This document shows, one piece after another, positions 12,293 through 24,354 of a DNA stretch of 64,000 nt. This DNA comes from Azolla caroliniana (Eukaryota > Plantae > Polypodiophyta): contig JBHGNT010000007.1 in the NCBI GenBank assembly GCA_043228905.1, positions 1,736,001 to 1,800,000 of the forward strand. The letters run 5' to 3'. The notes beneath the pieces are model-generated. The model made no database searches, was not told the origin of the DNA, and was given only the letters and a program-made list of their open reading frames with translations. The first letter of the stretch is position 1. Each line of letters opens with the position of its first letter. The position numbers and the translations under genes are program-made.

Positions 12293-12964
12293 TGTTGGGA
12301 ATATGTCCCTCCAGTGGGAGGAAGAACCGACTGATCGGAAAGCCGACAGTCGAAGAGTCGAAAACAATGAGTCGACTATTTGAAGATTCGACTATTATTA
12401 TTATAGTAATGATGATGATGATGATGTGTGGAAATAGGTCTCTCCAGACGAGGAGAGAGAGGAGCCGAGTTGATCGGCCTCGGCGAAACCGGAATCATGT
12501 AAATAGCCAACTCGTGAGACTATATTTGTAAATAGTCTAAGTGTGCGCCCCATGAGGGCTACGTATGTAAATAACCAGAAAGTTGCGTAAGTATATATGC
12601 AACTAGGGCAAACTTTATGGTGTACAGAACTATGTAAAAACAGAGTTAGAACTGTAGAAACAGAGGGTGTAGAGAGTGAGTGTGAGAGAAGAAGGAAGAG
12701 TCGTGCCATAGCTGTGTGTGTAACAGCAGACGCGAAGAGCCCTGTGCGGCTGATGCACTCGTGAGAGAGTGTTGTAATCTTCTCGCTATTGTATATCCAC
12801 TATTTGTATAGTGAAGAATCTGTTCCCGTGGTTTTTCCCGTTTTAGGGTTTCCACGTAAATCTCTGTGTATACTTTTGTTTATCTTGTATTTCTGTATTT
12901 CTGCAATTCATATTTCAGCGCGTAGGTTGTTTATTGTGATCTATTCCGCATCGATTTCTCAACA
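12293..12964 (+). mobile_element. Solo LTR, copia-like, inserted near the LINE ORF2 3' end
   Basis: TGTTGG...TCAACA termini, perfect TSD ccttt, and the motif cccgtggtttttccc..agggtttccacgtaaa typical of plant copia LTRs. Confidence 0.85.
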
Positions 12965-13031
12965 CCTTTGACGTAGTTTTGATAGCAACGTTTTTTTGTA
13001 TTATCATGTTGTTTTAATATAAACATACATT

Positions 13032-13035
<4 letters not shown>

Positions 13036-13097
<62 letters not shown>

Positions 13098-13118
13098 GTG
13101 TATGTGTGTGTGTGTGTG
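13036..13118. repeat. (GA)n followed by (TG)n microsatellite
   Basis: Direct reading. Confidence 0.95.
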
Positions 13119-13875
13119 AACGTACGCATAAGGTACTCATATATGCGCACACAAACATCTTTTCAACCTAAGAATGCACCCATGTTGAAAAGGTCAAAAT
13201 TGTCGAATACATTGCACATATTGAAACATAAACTAGAAATACTTCATCTATGGAGTTTGAATATTGAAGTAGAGTAATTGTTATAACCAAATAGGTGCAA
13301 AGTAGTTGTAAATTATTATCAACAAAGTGAATGTTTATATTAAGTGAACGTGTGAATATTTTTGCGGAAATAATATAGTGATTGCATGACTTCGTGATGA
13401 CTAGCATTGTTTCAAGTTGTAAGTTGTTTGAATCTCAATAATCATTTACACAGATATTCAAGATTATGAGAGTTGAGAAACTAATTTAGAGTAAGTATTG
13501 GGTGATTTAGATAAATCAATGATGTTAGGTTTGTAGGATATGTTTATACTCATTAATGTTATGGTTTTGCAACACTTCTTATAGTGACGTTATTTGTGTA
13601 TGGATGAATGGTCAAACTAGAATCATGGTGGTCATGGAAGAAAGATATTATTAATCTATACAAGTCATTGCACCAATTGACATAGAGATATGATTGAGCA
13701 TAAAGGATAGATTTGGATGTGGAAGTGAGTAGAGACAACTCACTAACTAATTTTAATCATTTGCATGGGTAGTTAAGGAAAAATAACAACATTGTCAAAT
13801 GTTGCGACCATGTGGTAAAACCGATCAAAGAGAAGAAGCCAAGACTACTCCCAAGCTTTTAAGGTAACAATGGGA

Positions 13876-14225
13876 CATAGTTGTTAAAAAACACGTATTC
13901 TACGTTTAGAGTACGTTTTAGAATACTCTGAAGTATTCTACGTTTTTCAAAAATTGACGTATTCTCTGTATTTAACGAGTATTTATCATTTCAAAAAAAA
14001 AAATCTTTTTTTTGAAAAAAAAACTTTAAATTTTAAGAAGTATTTAACGTAGTTTACAAGTATTCTACACGTATTCTAAGTATTCTAAACGTATTCTAAG
14101 TATTCTACACGTATTCTAAGTATTTAACGTACTTTATCTATAAAATACGTATTTTTACGTATTTAAAAAAAGAAGTTAGAATACGTATTGTACGCGTATT
14201 TTATGCTAAGTATTTTACAACAATG
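13876..14225. mobile_element. hAT-type MITE
   Basis: Imperfect TIR catagttgttaaaa / ttttacaacaatg; 8-bp TSD caatggga/caatggaa; many internal acgtattct subterminal repeats. Confidence 0.8.
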
Positions 14226-17200
14226 CAATGGAAAGAGGGTGGTCTTCCATGGACAATGGAGTAAACATGTGGTTGCAACTAATGATGCAATGTTTGGTGA
14301 GGAAGCAAGAGTTAATACTATGAAGAAAAAAATTGAAGGAAGAAGACAAGTGTGAGACTGTCGGAAGATATCATACAAAAGGGAAGAAGACACAAAGCAC
14401 AAGACTATTAGAAAAGATGAGAGAGAGAGAGAGAGGGACGGAAGAAGACACAAAGATAAAGTGAAAGAAAAGCAATATAAAAGAATTTGAGGTGAAAAAG
14501 ACAATTCCCAATAGAATGGATCCTCGATGTGGAAACAAGCTTGCAACTTATGTCTAGGTGTCAACTTGGATTTGTAGCCTTTTGTAAAGTTGACTTTATT
14601 TAGAAGTGTCGACATTCAACCATGCGTTGATAACCCTGTACTTCCGTCTAGCATAAAAGGGTAGTTTTAATCATCAATGTAGAAGCATTACGGATTCAAC
14701 ATTATAATTCTTACTATACTTCTTGCAATACATTTGCAGGTTGGATGACATCGTTTACATTATTAGGATCACAATGCAAATAGTTAATCCCTTGATTTTT
14801 ATTTATAAAGTGGGTCTCCTCACCTATTAATTCCACATGTTTGATTTGACGTGCATCTCATTGACGAGATGCATAAGTGTGTTTGTCCCTTGGCTTATGG
14901 TTTTCTTGACCAAGATGAAGGTCAACCCCCTTACCCAAAAATATTATCACATTATACATAATCATATCCATGAATGCTTAAAGTATTCAACCTTCTTACT
15001 TCGAGTAAATGTTCTTTCCCAAGAAAACCTAATTCCCATTAGTTAGGTGAATCACACATACAAACCAGGCTATGTATACGCTAAGTATCTATAGATACTC
15101 TACTCTTTATAGGTCACTTTCATATATATTTGGCTATTGTTGTGTGACACCTTAGATTAAAAAGCGGGGGGGGGGGGGGGGGGGGGGGGGTGCAATCACT
15201 ATTGCAAAACAGCAAACGACTGCATGATGAAACCTGTTATTTTTCAACAAGCATCAAAACACAGCCAGACATTGTTATCACCGAAAGCAATATGGGTGAA
15301 TTGCCAGAGGACAAGGAGGGTAGAGCTAGTGAGGCGACTTGTCGCACTATTTTGGATGCCCTGACATGAAGTCCACCAATGGTGTGGTTTCCCAAAGTGA
15401 GATAAAATGTGCTCTTGCCAACTCTTGAGACTCTAAATCTCCCTGCATGTTTTTTAATTGTGCACGCAATAATACCACTAGATTAGGATATATTACGAGC
15501 TTAATTTCTTTTGTAATCATTTATTTGATAATGGATAGAGAATTTCACTAATTTATTAAATGTTTGCATGAGAAACTACTTTCTACGTTGTCTTGATTTT
15601 TGTTGGCCATATTGGTTTCTAAGATTCTACAATAGGAAAGTTTCCTTTTTTGACACAACTTTCATGTGATGAAATTCCAAAAATAGCATATTGTGTGCAA
15701 ATGCACACTAGCTTTTCATAATTCATGGGATATATTGTCGGTTCACGAGTAATTAGCTAAGGGGAGCCAATAGTTGAGTCTGTAATTCGTGAATTATTTG
15801 CAACTTATTATAGATATGCCACATTGATTGTTATACATTCTTCAAGGGCAAAACGATTATAAGCATGTAGTTTTTAGTGGGGGTTGAATTGTTAGTCTAT
15901 GCAATTTCAATAAAATATATAAAATAAGATTGGAAAACCTACATTGAATAGTAACATGCCATTCAAATGATTGATTGATTCATGAACATGTACAATTTAT
16001 TAAATGAACTAAAAATCTCATTTCTGGGACCGCCAATATTGTCGTCCTTACTTTTTGTATAGGTGATCAAGTTCATTTTTCCACCATTATATATCTAAAT
16101 AAGTTTATTCACTAGGTAAATGATGTAGAAGGCATGAACATATATACAATAAGCGCAAATTGTGGGAACTTACCAAAAAAGTCATCTCCTTTTAGAATTT
16201 GACCAAATCATTGCTCCTTTTTTCTCAATGCAAATTAACACCGAATTTACATAATTAAGTGAAATTAACGAGTTGCTACCTTTTCCAATGACGAAACACT
16301 AACCAAAGTAAAGTTGTAACTCGTTCATGAAAATGATTGACATGAGGGATGAATCGTAGAGGTTAGTTTATCATTTTTGTCCATATGTATGCTTTGAATG
16401 ATGTAGTTGCACAACAATAAGCATTATATTACACCAATGCTGTTAATTATCTCTGTGACAAAAGGAATTGTGATTTGGTAAGTTTCAAAAGTGGATAGCT
16501 TTTCAGTTAAATCCCATGATATTATATCGTAGAAAATATGGACAAGATGCCCATGGATAAGACATGGACATTGACCTTTTCCTATCAAAGTATTCAATCT
16601 ATCTTCAATTGTAGAACTTCAAATGAGATACATGATTATGCTCATTGAATACAACTATTTATGATCAAAGTGAGGGATACATTTTAGATGTATGATATGT
16701 GATACCACTTGGAAGGGGTTTAAAATATCCTTTGAATGTACAAAAGGTAAGAATATGAGAATCAAAGTCTTCTAGTGTCCACTTGCTAGTACAATGTGTG
16801 TGTGTGTGTGTGTGTGCGTGCAAGTTTATCATACTAATATACTATCAAATCATGTGAGTATTCTCAAATATACCAAACTTCATAGACCATAAGTACTTAC
16901 TTAATAACTAGCATAATGTCAAACATTTGTCCATTATTAGCATCTTGAATTAGATGTATTCGCATCATGAATTTCCATACAAACTCACAACTAGGCATGG
17001 AGATTTGGTTTTTTATCACTCTTATCTTTGTTTTGAGATTGACAACATGCATTCATTCTTATCCATGTACGAATTCATGTCACAATGTATTTCCATCCTA
17101 ATATTTGAAATTGTATCACATGATAGAAGAGGCATCCCTTTAACGTTGCATTATGTCATTGGATCCTAGGGTATAAAATTATGTGTCATTTGATGAAGAT

Positions 17201-18069
17201 GATACCCTAATGTATACCATCTTTAAAATATAATTTGGAAAGTTGTTAGCATTCACATTGTCTTACTTGAGTGGAGTCAAAATGTTATATATTGGCCAAT
17301 AACCTTAAATTAATAGAGTCAATTAAGCAAGGGTGTACTTAAACCATGGATCATAGATTAAGAAGTAGTTTATTAATTCTAACAACAATGCATGTCCAAA
17401 TAAGAGATTAGAGAATATTATATCATGACACCATCACAATGGGGCCCTTACGAACCCTTACAAAAACTCTTCACTATACATATTCCTTGACCCAAGGCTC
17501 ACTCCTTTCTAAATGCACATTCTATTTCATACTAATGTTAGGAGCACCTAGGATAGTGTGTCCACATACATTGCTTGAGCACAAACCACCACAAAAATGT
17601 GATCGGGGAGGCACCCCTACAAATAGAGGTCATATTAAATGGACATATTATAAATGGTTTTATATATCCTACTTAAAAGGCAAGTGCCACATTTTCTCCT
17701 ACTTGTCCTTCTATATAACCACTCGTGACATATATGCGATATTAAAGAACCCATCTTTAGCATTAATATCAACCTCAAAGGGAACTTCCTATGATTATGA
17801 GTGTTCACAAACGAATGAATACGCATCCCAATAAACTTCATTAAGGCAAAGTTACCCGTATGTGATTGGATGGTAACTTCCTATTGCGAGTCCATGTTGT
17901 TAGATCTAATGATAGGTAAGTTGTTACAACACTATAAAAAGGGGGGGGGAGGATTGGCCCGAAGACACCTAATACAAATTGTGCCACCACATCAGGTCTC
18001 TTAGGGTTGCACCCTTTATTTTTCTAGAACTGAATGTTGATTAACAAAGATGGCGATGCACTAAATTTC

Positions 18070-18115
<46 letters not shown>

Positions 18116-18372
18116 CTAGGCACTAAGTTCCCTTTCTATTAAATTATCTAAACCAATTCGCACTTTTATCGAATCGTTACATGATGATGCGAGGGTGGGG
18201 GGGGGGGGGGAGGGGATTAACACAAAATCGTTCCAACTAGGCACTAACCGAGAGACATAATGACAACCACAACGAACATTAAAAAGGTGGGTTTGAAGAG
18301 ATCAAAGGTCAAGGAGGATGGGCAATGACTTTGAAGGAGCTTTCACATATCTAGCTGTGCAAAATCGATTGC

Positions 18373-18374
<2 letters not shown>

Positions 18375-18421
<47 letters not shown>

Positions 18422-18720
18422 CACGTATATACGCGTATAGATAAATGTATACATATGCGTATGCGTATATATGTGTATGTATACATATACATATACACAG
18501 ATGTATATGTGTTGTATGTATGTGCTATATGTATGTATGCATATACACATGATACATATACGTATTTATAGATATTCATATACATATATATATATATGTA
18601 TATATATCTATATATCTATATATATATATCTATGTATGTATGTATGTATTATGTATATATACATGATACATACGTACATATATACGTATATACGTATATG
18701 TGGCCTGTATACGCGTATTT
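18375..18720. repeat. (AC)n plus compound (TA/TG) microsatellite upstream of the RIN4-like gene
   Basis: Direct reading. Confidence 0.9.
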
Positions 18721-19111
18721 TTGTGGGTGTTGACCGAGCCCCATTTAGAGGCACATATACAAAGACACACACACTCTCTCTCTGTCTCTCATAACACGCA
18801 CATTCTCTCATCCTCTCCCTCAGTTTTGCTCTCTATCAAAGAAACAGAGCACCCACAGATCTTCTCCCCCATCTTTAGCTCCTCCGAGCTATCAAGCAAT
18901 CCGAGTAAGCTTTCGATTTCAATTCATGTTTATAACAACTCTCTCATTCCACAACCGTTTTGGTATCGAGATAATCGAGAGAGAGAGAGAGAGAGATAGA
19001 TAGATAGAGAGAGATCTATGTTTGTTTCTCGTTTTTTCTTTTTCTTGTTGCTTAATTTCAGAAGAAAAAAGGATAGATCACAGGATTTGATCGATCCGGA
19101 AGTATCAGATT

Positions 19112-22100
19112 ATGGCGGTAAGGACCTGATTCATTAAACCATTTTCTTGTTTGAGAAATCTCTTCTTTTTCCCCTTTCCTTGTCGATATATATTCGTATC
19201 TCTGTATCTATTTGGATATATACACATATGCTTAGATGCATCTAAGTATGTATGTACATATGTGTATGTGTATGAACACACATGTATCTATATAGTTGTA
19301 TGTGTCTTAACACACGTGTGTCTACTTATATGTATGTGTGTGTACGAATACACGTTATCCATCTATGTGCACGCATATGTCCATAAGCACACATATATCT
19401 ATATAGTTGTATGTGTACAAATACTCTCGATCCATCTATGTGCACGCCTATGTGCACGTATGTGTATGTGTACATATACTCTGTATCCATCTATGTGCAC
19501 GCATATATGTATGTATCTATGTAAAAATTTGTCTTTTTGTGTAGGTGTATGTATGCACATATATATATGTGCATGTGTAGATGCGTGTGACTGTTTGGTG
19601 TATGCACACATATGTATGTGTACGTGTGCAGGTGTGTTTATATATGCCTGTCTTCATATACTTGTGCACATGTGCACATGTTTGTGTGTGCATGTGTTTT
19701 TGACATTTGTGTATGCAGGTGTGTATGTGTAGGCATCTGTATGTGGTTAAAAGTGTGTGCACGTGCACATGTGGACATAAATGTGCATACACATCGTGTG
19801 TTTACAGTATACATGCATCTGTACATAAATGCATAGGTGTATGTGTATGTTGTGTGCATGTAGGTATGCATTCATATGTATGTACGTATGCATGTAGGTG
19901 TGTGTGTGTGTATGTAGGTATGTAAATGTGTGCCTATGTGGGCATAATTGTTGGGTGTGTGTGGGAATGTATGTATTTATATATATGTGTCTGTGATGTG
20001 TGTTGTTCATTCATTCACGAGCATCATCTCTTTGTGCTATATATTTAGCAACGCCCAACCAACGTCCCCAAATTTGGCAACTTCGATGCAAATGAAGAAA
20101 TTCCTTATACAATGGTCTTTGATCAGGCGAGGGCCAATAAAGCAGCTCCGGGACCTGGGAAACTGATAAACCCAAATGACCCATCCGAGAACCCGGCTGC
20201 ATTTGGCCTAAAGCATGATACTCCTCCAGTGCCACCTCCAGTGAGAGACAATAAACCTAATTATAATGCTGGAGAACAAGTTGCGGATCGGAAAGGCCGC
20301 AATAGTGGACGTGAACCATATGTTCCATCCAGGATCCCTCCACGCACCCCCGAAAGGGTGAGTTTTGTTCTATCCTTTCCTAGTGTTTTGCTCCACATTA
20401 CTTATTACTTATCATGTGTATGTAGCTTTTTATGTGTCTTTGTGTACACATATACAATATACAGTATAATGTGTCTTATACATACATACATATACATACA
20501 TATACATACATGCATACATACATATATACATGTATATGTGTATGTATGTATGTATGTATCTGTATGTATGTATATGTATCCATATGTATGTATGTATAGT
20601 GTTTTAATCTTTCCCTTGCTCTCAAAACAATAGCTCAGGGTCTGAACTCCTAACCCAGCCCTCGGTTACAGTACATGTAAACAACTGATCCCCCATTTAG
20701 AGAGAAAAGAAGACATTATGTGCTAAAGCACAATCCCGAATAATTGCATTTATACAAATGTTTGATTATAGATTCAGGAAGTTACGTGAAGAGTGGTCTT
20801 GCTGGTGGATTTTGATGTTGCATTCTTTATAAAAACTCTCCAGAGTTTTGGTTTGAGATCATACACACCAACAATTTTCTTTGAAAAAATGGTTTTGCAA
20901 CATTGACATTTGAGACGTAGGATACATCTCGCTATGGTACAAAAGATAATGCTATCAAATGAATACAGAAGGATGGCATAGATCAAGCTATGATGTCCCA
21001 TGGAAACAATGGTTCTATTTTTGCTCTAGTTGTGATCTACTTTGATCTAAGAATTGTGCAAGTCCATTGTGCATTTCCTTGGGAGTTTGAAAGCATGTGG
21101 TAAAGGTTACAGTGTCATGACAATGATGACTGACATCTTTGATAGATGACTAGGACGGCTTGTCCAGCCTAGAGTTTTGGGGAACCTGGGGTCAGTCAGC
21201 AAATAAAAACAAGTTGCAAAAGCAAACTCTATGTGAGCATGTCATGCTCCATATAAGACCATGGTTGGGAGATGAACCTGATTGCTTTCTCGGAAATCTT
21301 AGATTACATGTAACATGTACATGTCATGAAAGATGTAACTAGGGTATATGTTACATTCCCAGACATTTGGATGCATGGTGGCAGTTAATTTTCCACTTAA
21401 GTTCATATCGTGGACAAGTGTAAACTTTCTCGTAATGAGTAATGAAATTCATAACTTTGATCAGTTCTAAGCTACCAATTGTTATAGCTATATTGACGTC
21501 TTGTCCTGGCAAATCTATCTTTACTAATAAAATATAACTTTGATCAGTTCTAAGCTACCAATTGTTATAGCTATATTGACGTCTTGTCCTGACAAATCCA
21601 TCTTTACTAATAAAATATTTCAGGCTGCTGTTCCCAAATTCGGTGATTGGGATGAGAATGATCCGTCGGCAGGTGAGGGATTTACAATGATATTCACAAA
21701 AGCGAAAGTTGAAAGAGATGCGGGTGGACCTGCCCATATACCCGCTTTTCGAAATGACCCCACGCCCATCCCCCAGAAAGAAACTAAGGAACCTCAGGGT
21801 GGATCAGCTGAAAAGCAGCCTTCAGTAAGTTTCTCTGATGTTGATGTTTAGATTTGTTTTCGTTTTCGAAGCAGTTTCTGTTACAAATTCCTTCCCTTTG
21901 CGAATAATTCGTGTGGATTACTTTTGGCTTTGTTTGGAATTTCCAAAGATAAAGTTTGAAAAATGAAAGTAGTCAGGTATTGATCAAAAGATCTTTTTAG
22001 ATTCCTTTCCTAGTCAGAATTGATCAATGAATTTATACAGATTCCGTTAATTGTATGTAACCCCCCACAGTCAAAGAATCCACATAGATTCCTTTCAGTG

Positions 22101-22461
22101 AGATCATGCAAAGCTACCCCCAAACATGAGCGCCAATTTAAGTCGGTATTGATTGAAGAATCCATATAGATTCCTTTTCGGTTGCAGTCATGTAGAACTG
22201 ACTTGGCATGAAAGGTGATATAGAGTTAGCATCAGTCGAAGCAGGATAAGTCTTTTCAGTGATTCATAAGTTCTGTTTTTTTTTTTTTTCCAAAAACATA
22301 AGTTCTGTTTTATTGAGCCATTTATCTAGATTGAGTCTCCGATCAAATTCATGGTTTTTTGTTTTCCACGATTATCTTTTAATTGATTTGTATCGCTCAT
22401 TTTTTCTACTCAGTGTATCACTCGGTTTTTTACTCAGTGTTGGAGCCGTTGCTTTGGTTAG
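19112..22461 (+). CDS. RIN4: RPM1-interacting protein 4 (RIN4)-like protein with two NOI domains, about 179 aa
   Basis: Exons 19112-19117 (MA), 20049-20357, 21624-21824 and 22438-22461, all with phase-0 GT-AG introns. Motifs: N-NOI VPKFGNF..PYTMVFDQAR..INPNDPSENP; C-NOI VPKFGDWDENDPSAGEGFTMIFTKAK; C-terminal CWSRCFG* acylation-type tail. Probable 5'UTR intron 18904-19060. Confidence 0.92.
19200..20010. repeat. Low-complexity alternating purine/pyrimidine (TG/TA/CA) tract in the first coding-region intron of RIN4
   Basis: Direct reading; source of many spurious C/V/Y/M-rich ORFs. Confidence 0.85.
21451..21618. repeat. 83-bp tandem duplication just upstream of the RIN4 exon 3 acceptor
   Basis: ataactttgatcag...ttactaataaaat at 21451 and 21534, nearly identical. 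Confidence 0.95.
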
Positions 22462-24354
22462 TAAGAGTAGTGGCAAATTCGGCTTGTTGCCACGACCAAT
22501 GGAATGTTTCTTGCGATGTCGACATTCAATCTGGGCATTTTTATCGGGCAGCTATGTACATTGGAATCTCGACTCTTTTGTAGCTGATATTTTTCTTTTC
22601 AACAAATAAATTGCTTGTCATGTGGTGATTCTTTATGCCAATATCATATCCAATGTATGTCCAATAATAGCTCATGGTCCCATTGTTCATAGACTTCTAG
22701 GATTACTACATGTTTGTAAGATAATACACATATTTTTTGAAAGCCGAAAAAAAATAATCTTTTGGAGATATACTCCATAAGTGTTTGTTTGTGTCTTGAA
22801 ATCTGCTGTTGGCCCTTCGCTGCCATGTCTTGTAGAGGATCCCCAAAGATTGAATCAATTTTAACTTGATTATACCTATTTCCACCACATTGTTTCTCTA
22901 TTTGTAGGATTGTTTAGATGTTTTTATTTCCTTATTATGCATTATGGAGAACATACATGCAAATAAAGTCATGATTTCTTCTGAAAATGCACAGAACATA
23001 GATGCAAATAAAATCATTTCTTTTTCTAAAAAATGTATCCATTATCTAAGGTCATGTTGTAATTATCTAGTCTAATGTCATTTTTCTTTGTCAAAAAAAT
23101 GTATCCACCGTCTAAGTTCATGGTTACATTTTTTAAACCACATTTGACGGCACAAGGAATTAGAGAATGGTGTGAAATTGTAGAATGTTTTCTTGGATTT
23201 ATTGCGAAAACCATGATCACTATAAAACTTGAAATCATTAGTATTGGTTTGCAGCCTAATTGTGTTTTAGAATTGGGAAACCAATCGCTCTGTAATCTTT
23301 ATGAAACTTGAAATCAATTCAATCATGTGAGCGTTGGTTTGCAACATAATTGTGTTTTAGAATTGGGAAACCTATCACTCACCTATTATAATGGTGCAGT
23401 GTGGAACTATTTGCAAGAAACTCCTATTCCAAGAAATACACATTTGACAGAGAATCCCACCATGGTGATATATTTGATGCAATAGTTTTCATGGAGTACC
23501 TTTCAGATTGGGTTAGGTGAAATGGAAGACATGCGTAATGTAAAAGAGAACATTGATTGCTCATTTCGAAGAAATGGCTTGGAAAAACATCCACATATTA
23601 GGAACATGGTCTAACATTATGAGGCAAGGCAAAGCATCCCTAGCTACGAATAAAGGGAGTAGGGGATTGAGAAAGTAGAGTTTGCGACCTGAATAAAGGG
23701 GGATAAGAATGCATGCTAATGCACCTGTTAATTATTTTCATGTCATGCCTTGTTTACTTGTTTTGGAATATCAATTGACAATAATCTTGTTGGGTTTACG
23801 AGTCTCAAACTCAAAACCGTTGTAATTTAAACCAAACTAGTCATAAAACCATTTAAATTGAATAGTAAGAGATCCTTTAACCTATTTAAACCATTTAATA
23901 GTTTACTATTCAAACCAATCAAACAATTTTAACCATTTAGCAAATAATTTGCATAAAAAATCAAATTGAGAATGATCAAACTTTTGAACTAGCAACTTCA
24001 AATTGAATTGTCAAAACCCCCAAAACCAAATCAAACTAAACCAAGCCTTTTGAGTTCTTAGGCCATTAAACCACATTTTCTTGGTCAAATTCTAGCACCA
24101 ACTAAATAGGTTGGCCAAAATGATGATGAGAAGGGATGCACCATATGTGATGGCAATGATGAAGGGTCATGTCTATTTCACAAAGTTCGCCTTAGTGCCA
24201 TTAAGTATGTTTCTTTTGTTAGTTATTTGCAATTAAATACATAAACAAAATTCATCTTAGGCATATGTTTCCATTAAATGTATTGTATTAGGACATAAGC
24301 ATAAAAAAGATATGTTCGTAAGGCTTTATTTGTTGCTTTTTGTTTCACTTTTCC

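Larger units (their letters stand above)
6470..13035 (+). mobile_element. Near full-length degenerate L1/Tx1-like LINE (ORF1 about 6557-8265; ORF2 about 8441-12976)
   Basis: ORF1 zinc knuckle CFKCGGLGHFMAEC. ORF2 has APE endonuclease (MKIVTWNVR, IYAPN, GDFN, SRLDRIY), RT (KSPSWDG, RQGCPLSP, LADD) and zf-RVT (CVFC..HRFISC). In-frame stops present; flanked by (GA)n on both sides. Confidence 0.93.

Noticed and set aside
15230-15450. Possible minus-strand exon remnant (GDLESQELARAHF..)
   Set aside because: No recognisable family, an early stop, and no supportable gene model.
18343-20010. Many C/V/Y/M/H/T-rich ORFs
   Set aside because: Translations of dinucleotide microsatellites in a promoter and an intron.
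23800-24080. aaacc-rich tract resembling a MITE
   Set aside because: Termini and TSD could not be defined.
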